Shown here: positions 48,201 to 57,924 of the stretch, piece by piece
Position numbering within the stretch: position 1 is the first letter of the stretch
Layout: each line of letters starts with the position of its first letter
Source: Anaerolineae bacterium
Lineage (GTDB): Bacteria; Chloroflexota; Anaerolineae; Aggregatilineales; UBA3940
Assembly (NCBI GenBank): GCA_034434995.1
Contig: DAOTYF010000017.1
Coordinates: 20,060 to 84,059, forward strand
Length of the DNA stretch: 64,000 nt
Direction: 5' to 3'
Translations under genes and position numbers: made by a program
Notes under the pieces: model-generated
What the model saw: the letters and a program-made list of their open reading frames with translations, nothing else
Told to the model about the DNA's origin: nothing
Database searches by the model: none

Positions 48201-48307
48201 ACACTCCCTCATCCCTGGGTATGCACGGTTGCTGATGGGATTGAATATCGCAAGAATGCGCTGGAAACAACCCTCAGCCTCGTATTTGTAGTATAACCCG
48301 CCCCTGC

Positions 48308-48340
48308 AAAAGCGAAAGTGGGCTGCGCCGAGCAGCCCAC
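48308..48340 (-). terminator. Intrinsic terminator upstream of yqeY
   Basis: 9-bp stem GTGGGCTGC/GCAGCCCAC followed by TTTCGCTTTT on the minus strand. Confidence 0.75.
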
Positions 48341-48413
48341 CCAATCCGCTCTCCTACCCGAAGATTCTCAACTCAAGCGCTGTGCTCACGCCAGAGCAGG
48401 CAGGGGATAGAGG

Positions 48414-48734
48414 CTACGCCCGCGCCATGCGCGCCTTGCGCACCGTCAGCACCGACCCCACCAGGCAGACAAAGTACAGCGGCCCCAATATGTTCCCCGT
48501 CTGGCTATCGGCGGTCACTACCAACATCGCGCCGGTAGCGAGAATCCACAGAGCCACCATGATCCACTCAACGTGGTGTGCTGCTGCCTGCCGGAGCGCC
48601 AGCAGCGAGCCGATCATGCAGCCGAAGAACACTGTGCCGAGGATAAGCGCGCCCTGCTGCCCGACGAGGATCGCCGTCGCCAGGATCGCAATGGCCCACA
48701 GACCCATGATCCGCCATTCGTACTGGTTCATCAT
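48414..48734 (-). CDS. Small membrane protein (about 4 TM, internal duplication)
   Basis: W..M.LW...AT repeat occurs twice. GGAGG SD upstream. Confidence 0.7.
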   Translation of the reverse strand: MMNQYEWRIMGLWAIAILATAILVGQQGALILGTVFFGCMIGSLLALRQAAAHHVEWIMVALWILATGAMLVVTADSQTGNILGPLYFVCLVGSVLTVRKARMARA

Positions 48735-48776
48735 TCCACCTCCCGAACCACCCAGCGGCGGGTCGCCTGGTGCGCT

Positions 48777-49460
48777 CTACTCACCGATCTTGAGTAATGG
48801 ATCGTCGTCGCCCGCCCGGAAGTCGAGCACCTGCGCATCGCCGACTTTGTTCAATTCCTCCTTCAGCCGGTGGATATTGGCCCCACGCTCCTTAACGCTG
48901 AGCACCACCCGGCTTGGGTCCTCGGCAGGGAGCTGGCTGACGGATACGATGTTTCCGTCGGAGTTCGCCACCGCCTGGGCCACAGCCGCCAACATCCCTT
49001 TGCGATCCGGTATCTCGATATCGAACCGCGCCCCTGCAACCATCCCGCCCATAATATCGACGAAGGTCTTGAAGATATCCGTCTCGGTGATGATCCCGAC
49101 CAGCTCGCTGCCGCGCATTACCGGCAGGGCACTGATCTTATGCTCGGTCATGAAACGGGCCGCATTGGCAATGTCGCAGTCCTCGTAGACCGCCAGCACG
49201 GGCCGCGACATGAATTGCCCCACAGTGAGACGGTCAAGCAAAGTGTAAATCTCATAGACGCTCAGGGTTGTAGCCGCCGAGGGGGAGGTGGAGAGGATGT
49301 CGCTCTGCGTCACGATGCCAACGAGCTTGCCCGATTTATCCACCACAGGCAGCCGCCGGATGTTGTGCTTGTGCAGCAGATCAACCGCCTCTCGATGGGT
49401 TGTCTGAGGTGTGCAGGTGATCACGTTAGCCGTCATGCGTTGCTTGACTTTCATGGTCAT
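48777..49460 (-). CDS. CBS-pair plus ACT domain protein (AcuB-like)
   Basis: Two CBS repeats (RRLPVV...GIVT; SALPV...GIITETD) and a C-terminal ACT (DRKGMLAAV). Confidence 0.9.
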   Translation of the reverse strand: MTMKVKQRMTANVITCTPQTTHREAVDLLHKHNIRRLPVVDKSGKLVGIVTQSDILSTSPSAATTLSVYEIYTLLDRLTVGQFMSRPVLAVYEDCDIANAARFMTEHKISALPVMRGSELVGIITETDIFKTFVDIMGGMVAGARFDIEIPDRKGMLAAVAQAVANSDGNIVSVSQLPAEDPSRVVLSVKERGANIHRLKEELNKVGDAQVLDFRAGDDDPLLKIGE

Positions 49461-49573
49461 CTATCCTTTCTCACGATCTCACTCTCGAGTATAGCAGGCC
49501 GCCTTTGTCCAGGTCATGCTGAACGTCACCCCCCGTTGCGCGGTTTAGCCGACACCATACAGGGGGCGAAAAA

Positions 49574-49918
49574 TCAACCCGGCGGCCAGGTCATGCGGCG
49601 GCCCGCCAGCAGGTGCAGATGCACGTGATACACGCTCTGGCCCGCTCCCGGCCCGTTGTTCATCACGACCCGGAAGCCATCCACAAACCCTTCGTGCTCC
49701 GCGATCTTCCTGGCGGCGTAGATCATCTGCCCCATCAGCGGCGCGTCCTCGCGGGTCAGGTCAGCCAGCCGGGCGATGTGCCGCTTCGGCACCACCAGGA
49801 TATGGATGGGGGCCTGCGGATGAATATCCCGGAAGGCGAAGATGTGCTCGTCCTCGTACACTTTATCGGCAGGAGCCTGCCCCGCCACGATCCGACAGAA
49901 GATGCACTGGCTCTCCAC
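49574..49918 (-). CDS. hinT: Histidine triad (HIT) nucleotide-binding protein
   Basis: CIFCRI, FRDIHPQAP, HVHLHLLAG. Confidence 0.95.
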   Translation of the reverse strand: MESQCIFCRIVAGQAPADKVYEDEHIFAFRDIHPQAPIHILVVPKRHIARLADLTREDAPLMGQMIYAARKIAEHEGFVDGFRVVMNNGPGAGQSVYHVHLHLLAGRRMTWPPG

Positions 49919-49928
49919 GCGAGTCCCC

Positions 49929-50414
49929 TCACTGCTTGTAGCCGATCATCCGCAGGAATTGCTTGCGGTGCTCGATGTCGGCCTCAGCCTCGATCCCCTT
50001 GGGGCTGAAGCCATCAATGACCCCCAGAATGCCGCGCCCCTGCTCAGTTTCCGCCACGATCACCTGCACCGGGTTGGCCGTCGCGCAGAAGATATGGCAC
50101 ACCTCTGGCACTCCCTTGATCGCGTTCAGCACATTGATCGGATAGAACCCCTCGCCCAGGAAGATGATGAAGCTGTGCCCCGCGCCGATGGCCTGGAGGT
50201 TGCGGCGAGCGAGGTCAAGCATCGCCTCGTCCGTCCCCGACCAGCGGATCAGGCATGGCCCCGAGGCCTCGCAGAACGCCAGCCCAAACTTGATACCCGG
50301 CACGGCGGTTACTAGCGCCTCATGAACATCCTCCACTGTTTTGATGAAGTGCGTCTGGCCGAGGATGAAATTGATCGGCTCTGGTTTATCAATAGCAACC
50401 GTCTTGAGTTCCAC
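49929..50414 (-). CDS. Adenosine-specific kinase family (DUF355)
   Basis: NFILGQTHFIKTVED, FCEASG, HSFIIF, CATANP, GVIDG. GTG start. Confidence 0.9.
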   Translation of the reverse strand: MELKTVAIDKPEPINFILGQTHFIKTVEDVHEALVTAVPGIKFGLAFCEASGPCLIRWSGTDEAMLDLARRNLQAIGAGHSFIIFLGEGFYPINVLNAIKGVPEVCHIFCATANPVQVIVAETEQGRGILGVIDGFSPKGIEAEADIEHRKQFLRMIGYKQ

Positions 50415-50520
50415 CGCGAACGCTCCTGGGTAGATCGCATGGGATGAGGATGCAAATCTGAGGCAACATATAGTATGGAATCGGTCTGCTGGCAAACCTG
50501 AGAGAGGCCAAGCGGAAGCA

Positions 50521-51831
50521 TCAGATTGGGATGGCCCGCGCAGCTTCTTCCCCCACCCCGATGATCCGCGCCGGGGTGATGGTGTTGGCAAGATGCTCCC
50601 GCGAGGTCGCCACGACGCGCAGGGAGGTTTCCGTCAGGCCCGACCACACCCAGCCATCCGGCGTCGCCCCGTGCGCCGACTCCCACAACACATCGAACGT
50701 GCGCCCAACGTGCGCTGCCTGAAACCCCCGCCACAGCCGCTCAGAGAGCGCCAGCATCTCCGCCGAACGCCCCCTCTTGACCGCCTCGGCAACCTGCCCC
50801 GGCATCCGCGCAGCCGCCGTGCCAGGCCGAGCCGAGTAGGGGAAGACGTGCAGCCGCGCGAAGCCAATGGACTCCACATAGCGCCGGGATTCCTCAAACT
50901 CCGCGTCCGTCTCGCCGGGGAAACCTACAATGATGTCCGTCGTCAGCGCCAGATCAGGGATGCGCACCCGCGCTGCCTCGACCAGCGCCGCGAATGAGTC
51001 CCGTGTGGTGCGCCGAACCATCCGCCGCAGGGTGGCATCGCACCCCGCTTGCAGCGGCAGGTGTAAGTGAGGGCAGAGACGCGGATCGCGCCACAGGTCG
51101 AAGAACGCCGGGGTTAAATCCCAGGGTTCCAGCGACGACAGCCGCAGCCGGGGGACAGCAGTCCGCTCCAGGATCGCCTGCACGAGGTGGAACAACCCGT
51201 GTGGATCGCCCAGGTCGCGCCCATACGATCCCAGGTGAACCCCGGTCAGCACAATCTCCTGGTAGCCGCTGCCCAACAGCAGGTTGATCTCGTCGACCAG
51301 TATCTCCAGGGGGCGGCTGCGGCCCGCCCCGCGCACCAGCCTCGTGACGCAGAAGGCACAGTGATTGTCGCAGCCATCCTGCGCCTTGACGAACGCTCGT
51401 GTGTGCCTCAGCGTTCCCGGTGGCAGAATCCGCCCCCCCCATGCCTCCCGCACGAGAGGCTCCTGCTCATACTCCGGGACAGGGTCACCTGCTACCAGTG
51501 GCACGAGATTGTCTTTGTCGAAGTTACTGATCACCTGGTCTACATGGGGCAGCCGGGCCAGCGCCTCCGGCTCAAGCTGCGCGTAGCATCCGGTGACGAC
51601 GATCCGCGCCTCCGGGTTCATCCGGCCCGCCTGAAGCACCATCTGCCGTGATTTGCGTTCCGCCCCACTTGTCACGGCGCAGGTGTTGATGACCACCAGA
51701 TCGGCCTCGCTCGCGCTGCCGGCGATGGAATCGCCCCGCGCGGCGAACTGGCGGGCCATCCGCTCGATCTCAGCCTCGTTCAGACGGCAGCCTACGAAGT
51801 TCAAATACACACGGCGCGGCGATGCAGTCAC
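50521..51831 (-). CDS. mtaB: tRNA t6A37 methylthiotransferase (radical SAM)
   Basis: GCRLN, INTCAVT, CDNHCAFC, HLPLQAG, DIIVGFPGET, HVFPYSARPGT. Confidence 0.93.
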   Translation of the reverse strand: MTASPRRVYLNFVGCRLNEAEIERMARQFAARGDSIAGSASEADLVVINTCAVTSGAERKSRQMVLQAGRMNPEARIVVTGCYAQLEPEALARLPHVDQVISNFDKDNLVPLVAGDPVPEYEQEPLVREAWGGRILPPGTLRHTRAFVKAQDGCDNHCAFCVTRLVRGAGRSRPLEILVDEINLLLGSGYQEIVLTGVHLGSYGRDLGDPHGLFHLVQAILERTAVPRLRLSSLEPWDLTPAFFDLWRDPRLCPHLHLPLQAGCDATLRRMVRRTTRDSFAALVEAARVRIPDLALTTDIIVGFPGETDAEFEESRRYVESIGFARLHVFPYSARPGTAAARMPGQVAEAVKRGRSAEMLALSERLWRGFQAAHVGRTFDVLWESAHGATPDGWVWSGLTETSLRVVATSREHLANTITPARIIGVGEEAARAIPI

Positions 51832-52703
51832 GGGGCAGGAGCCTCCGGCACACGGATGACCAGGTTGTCAAAGCCAATAGTTGCCAGCGCGGGCGTGGTA
51901 TTCTGCCCATCGAAGCCGACAAATCCTTGCGCCCCCAGCCCGATCTTGCCCCGCGACAAGGAATCGTCCGTCCATTGCTCAACGATCTGCCCGCCCAGGC
52001 AGGATGGTTGCTCGGCGCTCACATCCCAGATCGGCTGCACATGGGGATCGTCGGATGTGCACAACAGCAACGGCGTGCCATTGACCTCGAACCGGAAGGT
52101 GTTGCCAACTGCGGTAATGCGAATGTGGTTGGTTGCCGCCCCGGTGAGGATAGCGGGTGAGGCGTTGTAATCGCTGACGATCAGGTTGTTGCCTGACCGC
52201 ACCTTGCTGAGGCTGTAGTAGCCATCGCTGGAGATATCGAAGCGATTATAGTTCTGGTCATCCACCAGCCGGAACAGCACGATGATCCCGTTGTCGTCCG
52301 GCCCGGCCAGCTTGGTCGCGTCCACGTCAAGCACGAAGTCGCCGTAGGTGAAGTTCATGGCCGACCACGTCCCCGTGTCGCTGACGGCGTTCACGTCCAC
52401 CACCAGTTGCCCACCGCTGATCGCCGCTGACACCATCCCATCGTTGAAGATGTCCCAATCGGCGGCCACCGCCGGGTCTTCAAAACCCGTTTGGTAGAGC
52501 ACCCCCTCGCCCTGCCCCGGTGGGGGCGGCGGCAGGGTCGCAGGCCGTTCGAAGACCGCGCGGATGCGTCCCTGATACAGCCATGCCACCCCCCCGCCGA
52601 TCAGCACCAGCGGCACGAGGATCGCCGCGACCCACCAGGGGAAGCGCCGCCGCCTCTCCCCCCCACGCTTCAAGGTGACTGCTTCAAGTCGCTTTTTCGT
52701 CAT
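51828..52703 (-). CDS. Membrane-anchored protein with DUF1080/LamG-like beta-sandwich
   Basis: N-terminal TM, YGDFVLDVDA...GIIVLFR...GKIGL...FDNLVI. Confidence 0.7.
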   Translation of the reverse strand: MTKKRLEAVTLKRGGERRRRFPWWVAAILVPLVLIGGGVAWLYQGRIRAVFERPATLPPPPPGQGEGVLYQTGFEDPAVAADWDIFNDGMVSAAISGGQLVVDVNAVSDTGTWSAMNFTYGDFVLDVDATKLAGPDDNGIIVLFRLVDDQNYNRFDISSDGYYSLSKVRSGNNLIVSDYNASPAILTGAATNHIRITAVGNTFRFEVNGTPLLLCTSDDPHVQPIWDVSAEQPSCLGGQIVEQWTDDSLSRGKIGLGAQGFVGFDGQNTTPALATIGFDNLVIRVPEAPAP

Positions 52704-52799
52704 AGTAGAGGAGACCTGTTTCTGGATTGCTCACCGAGCCATTGTAGCTTTCAACTTTCCCACCCAGCAACCGCAGGAGCCAGGCATCTTGTGCCCTGA

Positions 52800-53261
52800 T
52801 CATGGGCTGTCCGATGCCACCACGAACTCCGCGCTCCCGATCACCCGATCCTCATGGAGGATCTCTACCCGGTACTGGCCCACCGGCCAGGGCGGGTCTT
52901 CGTTGCGTAGCACGAATCCTGCATCGATGTCCCCGCTCAGCCCTTCCGCCTCCAGCGGTGTATCGGTGATCGCCGAGTCCTGGTAGTACCACCGCGCCAC
53001 AATATCATCGTCAGCGCGATAGTCCTCCAGCCGCACCGAGACGAAGAATGTATCCCCCGGATCGTACGCATCGGTGACTTCCACCGGGCGATAGCGATCA
53101 TCTAGCGCCGTGGCCAGGGTGATGGCGGCGACGCGCGGCCCCGCCCGGCGCAGCGAAAGCGCCACCGCCAGCGCGATCAGCGCTGCCAGGAACACTAACG
53201 ACCGGAGCAGCCCGACTGCTGCTCGCCTGCGTCGCCGTTTATCCTGCTGTGGCTGCATCAC
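52800..53261 (-). CDS. Hypothetical membrane-anchored secreted protein
   Basis: N-terminal TM, Ig-like C-terminus (WPVGQYRVEI). Confidence 0.7.
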   Translation of the reverse strand: MMQPQQDKRRRRRAAVGLLRSLVFLAALIALAVALSLRRAGPRVAAITLATALDDRYRPVEVTDAYDPGDTFFVSVRLEDYRADDDIVARWYYQDSAITDTPLEAEGLSGDIDAGFVLRNEDPPWPVGQYRVEILHEDRVIGSAEFVVASDSP

Positions 53262-54697
53262 CCACCCCCTCCCAGCCGCTCAATTGCCCGTCGCGCCAGC
53301 GCCCCAAACGGGCCATCCGGCTCCAGCTCGCTGGCGCGGAGATAGTACCACAGCGCCTCACTGAGCCGCCCTCGCTGTTCCATAAGCTGGCCCATATGAG
53401 CATACGCTCGCCCCAGATGCGGGTCGAGCGTCAGCGCTCGATCTAGCTCTGCCTGCGCGCCATCGAGGTCGCCGGTCAGGAAGGATGCCCAAGCCAGCGC
53501 ATCATGCGCCTCGGCGTTGTCGGGCAGATCGGCGACAAGCTGCTGCGCCAACGGAAGCCCGACCTCTGCCACCCTATATTCCTCGTCCACATAGAACTGC
53601 ACCAATAGCACCCGGAAGCGCGGGTCATCCGATGAGAGGCGGGTTGCCTCTTGCATCCAGATCTCTGCCCAGATAAGGTTCGATTCGGCGCGATGCGTGC
53701 TGGCGATCTCGACACAGAAGGCGGGATTGGTGGGGTCGAGATCGTAGGCCGCTTCGAACTCGAGCCGCGCCTCGACAGGGCGGCCAAGCTGCTTCCAGGT
53801 CAGCCCAGCCAGGTAACGCACAGTGGGGCTATCTGGGGCAAGCGCCACCGCTTGCTGAGCCGCCCCGAGCGCCGACTTGCCCAGACGCGCCCGCGTGTAG
53901 GCCAGATAGGCCAGCGGCTCCGCGTAGCTTCGATTATATGCCACAGCCCGGCTCAACGCCTCTTCTGCCAGTGGGTATTCCTCCAGCGCAACCAGGATGA
54001 TGCCGAGCCGCGCGTACGCCAAGTCAGGTGGCTGGCCTGCGCGCTCATCGAGACTAGCCCGCAACGCCGCGAGCCGCTCCGCACTGGCGGGATTGAGGGC
54101 CACCGCCTGGGCCAGGGAGATGATCGCCGCTTCCGGCATATCCAGTGAGCGGATCAAGCCGATCCGGTAGTGCAGCAGACCATTCCTCGGTTCCAGCCGG
54201 CTGAGTGCCTCCAGCACGGACAGGGCGGCGGCCCATTCGCCCCGCCCCTCGTAGATACCTGCCAGCCGAGCCAGCGCTGCCGTATCGACCGTGCCCAGCT
54301 CGCGGGCGCGCTCCCAGATTTGCACGGCCCGGTCAATCTCGCCCTGCCCGGCATAGATCGCACCCAACCAGGCCAACTCCTGCGATCCCAGCGGTCTGAT
54401 CGCTGCCAAAGCCTCCAGGTCGCGCTCGGCCTCTGCATAGCTGCCCGCTTGCACCTCAGCCTCGATGGCAGCGACCAGGTATGCCTCGATCCAGGGTTGG
54501 TAGGTGTAGGCTACATGGTAAGCGCGGGCAGCGGTTTGCCGGTCACCCACCGACTCCGCTTGCCGGGCCGCCGCGACCGCCTCAACCAGCGGGCCGGGAA
54601 CGGCTGTCAGGCCAAGCGCCAAAATGCCCGCCGCAGTTGCTACCATCCGCACCCATAGTCCCTGCATCCACACTCTGCCGATAACCGATTTCAGCAT
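53258..54697 (-). CDS. Tetratricopeptide repeat protein
   Basis: N-terminal TM/signal followed by many TPR-like helical repeats. Confidence 0.88.
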   Translation of the reverse strand: MLKSVIGRVWMQGLWVRMVATAAGILALGLTAVPGPLVEAVAAARQAESVGDRQTAARAYHVAYTYQPWIEAYLVAAIEAEVQAGSYAEAERDLEALAAIRPLGSQELAWLGAIYAGQGEIDRAVQIWERARELGTVDTAALARLAGIYEGRGEWAAALSVLEALSRLEPRNGLLHYRIGLIRSLDMPEAAIISLAQAVALNPASAERLAALRASLDERAGQPPDLAYARLGIILVALEEYPLAEEALSRAVAYNRSYAEPLAYLAYTRARLGKSALGAAQQAVALAPDSPTVRYLAGLTWKQLGRPVEARLEFEAAYDLDPTNPAFCVEIASTHRAESNLIWAEIWMQEATRLSSDDPRFRVLLVQFYVDEEYRVAEVGLPLAQQLVADLPDNAEAHDALAWASFLTGDLDGAQAELDRALTLDPHLGRAYAHMGQLMEQRGRLSEALWYYLRASELEPDGPFGALARRAIERLGGGG

Positions 54698-54773
54698 CTT
54701 CGCCTGCCAGCTCGTTGAGTCGCTGAGATGCCAGGATCGGAGCCAGCCTGGCTGTATTCGACGGCGATTCTAC

Positions 54774-54802
54774 TTGACCACCGCTGCGCTTCGTACTATA
54801 CT
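54774..54802 (+). promoter_or_regulatory. Sigma70-type promoter of the ABC ATPase gene
   Basis: TTGACC, 17 bp spacer, TATACT. Confidence 0.75.
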
Positions 54803-54927
54803 GCGCTGTGGTATCTCAACGCCACAATGCCATTAGGCGTGGGTACGCAGCGCGTTTCCGTGCTGTGTTTCACCGCTTTTCCAGTGCGCTGACCCGCTAG
54901 ATGAACCATTATGGCAAGGAGGCTTCC

Positions 54928-56028
54928 GTGGCGAGCGTAAACTACGAGCACGTGACCAAGCGCTGGGGAGACGTGGTCGCTGTACGGGACTTGAACATCG
55001 AGATTCCTGACAAGGAGTTCCTGGTGTTCGTTGGGCCATCCGGCTGCGGTAAGAGCACCTCGTTGCGAATGCTGGCCGGGCTGGAGGAGATCACCGAGGG
55101 CAACATCTACATCGGCGACCGTCTGGTCAACGACGTGCCCCCCAAGGACCGCGACATCGCAATGGTGTTCCAGTCCTACGCGCTATACCCCCACATGAGC
55201 GTATACGACAACATGGCCTTTGGCCTGAAGCTGCGTCGGGTTCCAAAGGCGGAGATCGACCGCCGCGTTCGCCAGGCGGCGGTTGAGCTAGGGATTGAAC
55301 ACCTGCTGGATCGCAAGCCTAAGGCGCTATCGGGCGGGCAACGTCAGCGCGTGGCAGTGGGCCGGGCCATCGTCCGTGAGCCAGCCGTCTTCTTGATGGA
55401 TGAGCCACTGTCCAACCTCGATGCCAAGCTGCGTGTTGAAGCCCGCGCCATGATCCAACGCCTGCACAACCGATTGGAGACCACCTTCATCTACGTCACC
55501 CATGACCAGACCGAGGCGATGACGATGGGGTCGCGCATTGCGGTGCTCAAGGATGGCATCCTTCAGCAGATTGACACGCCTCAGACGCTCTATGAGCGAC
55601 CCGACAACCTGTTTGTGGCAGGCTTCATCGGCAGCCCCAGCATGAACTTCTTTAACGCCACCCTGGTCAGAGAGAACGGAGACTTTTACATCGATACGGG
55701 TGTGTTCCGGGTGAAAGTCCCCGAGGAACGCAAAGCAACCTGGGGACGGGCCGCTGGTCAGCGCGTGGTGTTGGGCATCCGGCCAGAGGACATTCACGAC
55801 CCGAACTACAGCCCCCCCGGCATCCAGTCTGCCAGCGTCGAAGCGCAGGTGGACGTGACGGAACTGCTGGGCAACGAGGTGCTGATGTACCTGAAGTCGG
55901 GCAACCTCAACTACATCGCTCGCGTCGATCCACGCACCAGCGCCCGCATCGGCCATCAAATCACGGTGCTGATGAACACCTCCAACATGCATCTATTCGA
56001 CGCCGAAACCGAGAAGGCGATTCGCTGA
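54928..56028 (+). CDS. Carbohydrate ABC transporter ATP-binding protein (MalK/UgpC/MsmX family), orphan
   Basis: GPSGCGKST, LSGGQRQR, DEPLSNLD, YVTHDQ, C-terminal TOBE domain. AAGGAGG SD. Confidence 0.95.
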   Translation: MASVNYEHVTKRWGDVVAVRDLNIEIPDKEFLVFVGPSGCGKSTSLRMLAGLEEITEGNIYIGDRLVNDVPPKDRDIAMVFQSYALYPHMSVYDNMAFGLKLRRVPKAEIDRRVRQAAVELGIEHLLDRKPKALSGGQRQRVAVGRAIVREPAVFLMDEPLSNLDAKLRVEARAMIQRLHNRLETTFIYVTHDQTEAMTMGSRIAVLKDGILQQIDTPQTLYERPDNLFVAGFIGSPSMNFFNATLVRENGDFYIDTGVFRVKVPEERKATWGRAAGQRVVLGIRPEDIHDPNYSPPGIQSASVEAQVDVTELLGNEVLMYLKSGNLNYIARVDPRTSARIGHQITVLMNTSNMHLFDAETEKAIR

Positions 56029-56217
56029 GTGAGGGTTGGCCTGGGCAGAGTGATGCCCCTCGTTGGTTGACACCCCATTGCCATCTCATCCGGGGCAAGT
56101 GTGGCCCCGTCCATCCGAAATCAAGCGCCCCTGGGCACACGGCTAGCTCAGGGGCTGCTGCTTGACGCTCGATGAGGTGCGCCATTTCCGCCCAGGGCTA
56201 AGCGTTTCAGAAATACT

Positions 56218-56598
56218 TTAGCCCACCAGTTCCTGTATCTTGCTCACGATTCCGGGGAAATCGAATGGTTTGGGCATGAAGTGGGCATCCAACGACTCGA
56301 GCTGGCTACGCGGTGGGGGCTGGTAGGCAGACACGATGAGAATGGGCCGTTTCTCACCCGCCGCTCGTAGCTTCTCGGTCAACTCCAGACCGGTCATGCC
56401 AGGCAGGCGAATATCGAAGACCAGCATCTGGCACTCGCCTATCGGCGGCTGACTGCTCAGGATCCTATCAAGAGCATCCTCAGCACTGCCGTAGATCGGA
56501 TTGACCGTGATTCCGAACAGATCCAGCCCGCTGCGCAGCAGTTCGGCGATGGCAGGCTCATCTTCAACGTACAACACCTTGATCCCAGTTCGACTCAT
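56218..56598 (-). CDS. Single-domain response regulator
   Basis: VEDE, phosphoacceptor D (FDIRLPG), SA, KP. Confidence 0.9.
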   Translation of the reverse strand: MSRTGIKVLYVEDEPAIAELLRSGLDLFGITVNPIYGSAEDALDRILSSQPPIGECQMLVFDIRLPGMTGLELTEKLRAAGEKRPILIVSAYQPPPRSQLESLDAHFMPKPFDFPGIVSKIQELVG

Positions 56599-56740
56599 AG
56601 GAAATCACTCCATCAGGGGAGGCGGATACCTATTACGAGAATGCAGTGTATTGGCAGTGCATTGATTGTAGCCATTTTCCGCCTGTTGCGATAGTCAGCC
56701 CGGCTGCCGGCCCAGGGGGCAAGCTGGATCGCGATTCCAG

Positions 56741-56770
56741 TTGCACTCTACGCCCGAGGCATGGTATTAT
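56741..56770 (+). promoter_or_regulatory. Promoter of the hrcA operon
   Basis: TTGCAC, 18 bp spacer, extended -10 TGGTATTAT, immediately upstream of CIRCE. Confidence 0.7.
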
Positions 56771-56783
56771 GGGATTTGGCCAG

Positions 56784-56810
56784 TTAGCACTCCTGCGCGA
56801 CGAGTGCTAA
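56784..56810 (+). promoter_or_regulatory. CIRCE element (HrcA operator)
   Basis: Exact TTAGCACTC-N9-GAGTGCTAA. Confidence 0.97.
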
Positions 56811-56827
56811 TGGAGGTCAACAACGCG

Positions 56828-57922
56828 ATGGCACAGCTTACCCAACGGCAGGAATATCTGCTCAACCTGATCGTCCGGGAATACGTCAACGCCCCCACCC
56901 CGGTCAGCTCCAAAGCGCTTGTCGAGCGCTACAACCTGGCCGTGAGTTCGGCCACCGTTCGCAATGACATGGCCGCATTGGAGGAGGAGGGCCTGATCGC
57001 TGCCCCGCACACCTCAGCAGGTCGCGTTCCGACCGAGGCAGGCTACCGCTACTTTGTGCAGAAGCTGATCGGCGAGAGCGAGCTGACTCCTGCCGAGCAG
57101 CGTACCATCCGTCACCAGTTCCATCAGTCGCGCCTGGATATTGAGGAATGGTTGCGGCTGGCAACCTCCGTGCTGGCTCACACCGCCCACAGCGCCTCGC
57201 TGATCACCCTGCCGGTGGCGTCCCGCGCACGCTTTAAGCACTTGGAACTGGTCCATACGCAGGGGCGGCTGGTGTTGATGATCTTGGTGCTGGGGGGCGG
57301 GGACGTGCGCCAGCAGATGCTCACGCTGGCCGAACCGGTCTCGCAGGAGGAACTGAGCCAGGTTGCCGGGCAGATTACCGCCGCCTGCGCGGGGTGTCTG
57401 GCCTCCGATATCCGCGCCCGATCCGCTCACCAGACGGCGCTCGAAGCCGAGATCACCGAACTGGTCGCCGACCTGCTCGACCGCGCTGACAAAGGCCACC
57501 GTCTGACCTATTACGATGGCCTTAGCAACATCCTCGACCCCTCTTATGTACTGAATCGGCTGGAAGTGAGCGACCCGCAGGAGCGGGAGGAGATCCTGCA
57601 CGCGCTGGAAGAGGTGGATAGCCCCGGCGCACTCCAGACCCTGAGGCTGCTCGAAGAGCAGAATCTGCTGGAGGAGATTCTGGCTGAGGCCCTGGCTCCC
57701 GATGAGCAGGGGGTGCAAGTGGTCATCGGCGGCGAGGGCCGTTGGGAGGAACTACGCCACATTGCGATGATCCTTTCTCACTACGGCGTGCACGGCCAGG
57801 CGATGGGCACCCTGGGCGTGCTGGGGCCGGTGCGTCTGCACTACGGGCGCGCCATCAGCGCGGTGCGCTACGTCGCTGGCCTGATGAGCGATCTACTCCT
57901 TGACATTTACGGGACAGATTGA
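56828..57922 (+). CDS. hrcA: Heat-inducible transcription repressor
   Basis: PVSSKAL...SSATVRNDM..LEEEG...PHTSAGRVPT..GYRYFV. GGAGG SD. Confidence 0.97.
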   Translation: MAQLTQRQEYLLNLIVREYVNAPTPVSSKALVERYNLAVSSATVRNDMAALEEEGLIAAPHTSAGRVPTEAGYRYFVQKLIGESELTPAEQRTIRHQFHQSRLDIEEWLRLATSVLAHTAHSASLITLPVASRARFKHLELVHTQGRLVLMILVLGGGDVRQQMLTLAEPVSQEELSQVAGQITAACAGCLASDIRARSAHQTALEAEITELVADLLDRADKGHRLTYYDGLSNILDPSYVLNRLEVSDPQEREEILHALEEVDSPGALQTLRLLEEQNLLEEILAEALAPDEQGVQVVIGGEGRWEELRHIAMILSHYGVHGQAMGTLGVLGPVRLHYGRAISAVRYVAGLMSDLLLDIYGTD

Positions 57923-57924
57923 GC

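Noticed and set aside
48200-48414. Expected rpsU (S21) upstream of yqeY
   Set aside because: No S21-like ORF is visible. The space holds a terminator and a promoter.
54803-54853. Apparent three-way junction upstream of the ABC ATPase
   Set aside because: The 5' strand of the closing stem (54803-08) lies between the -10 box and the expected start site, so it is probably not transcribed.
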